From NCBI GenBank assembly GCA_002633005.1, contig NMRA01000022.1:1436618-1500617 (forward strand): a stretch of 64,000 bases of DNA, given 5' to 3'. The position numbers and the translations under genes were made by a program. The notes under the pieces were generated by a model, which was given only the letters and a program-made list of their open reading frames with translations, did not search any database and had not been told where the DNA came from. This stretch comes from Phoronis australis. Taxonomy: Eukaryota > Animalia > Phoronida. This document shows, in pieces, positions 62,744 through 64,000 of the stretch; position 1 is the first letter of the stretch, and each line of letters opens with the position of its first letter.

Positions 62744-64000
62744 GTAAAGTCACCGGCTTGATTTCTGTAAATGCTCAGCAGCCAACGGCGTGAATGGTAA
62801 TATGATCGCAAAAAACGCAATATATGTTGTTGTTTTTATAAGTTTGTTTAAAGCTAGCAAATTTAAGAGGTCTATCCTATCCCACAAAAATTTGAATTCT
62901 GCGCGTAAAAGTCCTAATGTCCCTTTAATCGTAGTTATTTTTTGTTTGTTTAGTAATTTGCACGCTGTTGAGGATGAATTTCATTTTTCCATTGTCCTTT
63001 TTAAGAAGATTTAGAATTTTGTTGTTTGATAAAATCACACCTGTTCTTCCGGATTTCAAACCGTTCAGTTCTTAAGACAAACCGTGTTATATCATGTAAT
63101 AATTTTTGTAAGGATCTGGTTAGATATTTAGAAGGTGCTTTAAATATACGAATAAATTTCACTTAGTTTCTTAATTAGTTTTGATCTTCATATCAAATTG
63201 TAAGTGCATTTCTGTTTACTCTAGAAAATGTATTGTTCCTGACTTGCCGCTACATTTCGCATGAACTTGGTTTTATTTTCAACAAATTTGAAATAAATTT
63301 GATCTAAATAAACCTCCAATATAACGTAAAACATATCGAATATTCTGGAACAGCAGGCTCTACTGAGATTCTAGATTTCATTTGAATGGTTGAACTGAAA
63401 AATCACTGGCGTTAGAACAAGCAGTATAAATTTCACAAAACACTGAGGATGCTTTTTCTGCCAATGTCAGAACGCGTCAGATAGGAGACATGCACCGTTT
63501 TATACCTCGAACTTATGAACTGGAAGAACCTCGGATGTATTCTGAATTCAGTTGCCTTTGTGTAACGAAAGTTCAAGCAAGGCTCAGAACACGCATTCGC
63601 TGTAACAGTTTGTTCTCATTGTAAGCTAGCTTAAATTAGTGTAATTCAATTATTTTGCTAATAATAGAATCAGAGTAACAAATTTCATATTGTACTACCG
63701 ACACTGGTCACTCGTGCAAAAGCTGGATGCTTAAAGGCACTATTTCCGCTTCATTTTTGTTAAAAACTTCATGAAACGGATCTTTACGCAAACACTTTTA
63801 TTCGAAACCTAAGCCCAAATAATAGCCTTTGCCATGGCATCGAATTTTTTTATAGTGAACTGAATTTAATACAGATTTTTTTAGCTTAATTTTTTCATTT
63901 TGTGTGGTGCACCAAGAAATAAATGGATGCCGGACGAAGTGTCAATCGAAGATTCGAGTGTCGAATATGAACTTGGAGTTTCGGTTAATCTCAAGATCGT

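Overview
AT-rich, intron-containing eukaryotic DNA with a repeat spectrum typical of a marine invertebrate (lophotrochozoan-like; this is inference). The only apparently intact genes are two tandem paralogs on the + strand (A: about 6.1-10.3 kb; B: about 35.5-44.0 kb). Each has three exons encoding a signal peptide, a PAN/Apple-like six-cysteine domain and a fibrinogen C-terminal domain (FReD), and they lie in a duplicated block (about 4530-10925 versus 31240-44695). The two FReDs are identical over 68 residues of the N-terminal half but differ at about 37% of positions in the C-terminal, putative ligand-binding half. The rest is a layered set of decayed mobile elements, many with boundaries and target-site duplications (TSDs) resolvable by eye: a 4-bp-TSD DNA transposon, a Gypsy-like retrotransposon with a nested SINE and a nested terminal-inverted-repeat (TIR) element, Helentron/HINE-like arrays, an RNase H-bearing LINE with a nested Harbinger-like MITE, three Kolobok-derived intronic elements (THAP and KolX/P2X7-ballast-like remnants), a YqaJ-exonuclease relic and an L2/CR1-type LINE tail. 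There is also a Penelope element with an inverted arm, hammerhead-ribozyme-like motifs and two insertions of the same TSD-less hairpin element. No rRNA, true tRNA or CRISPR array was seen. All alignments and counts were made by eye.
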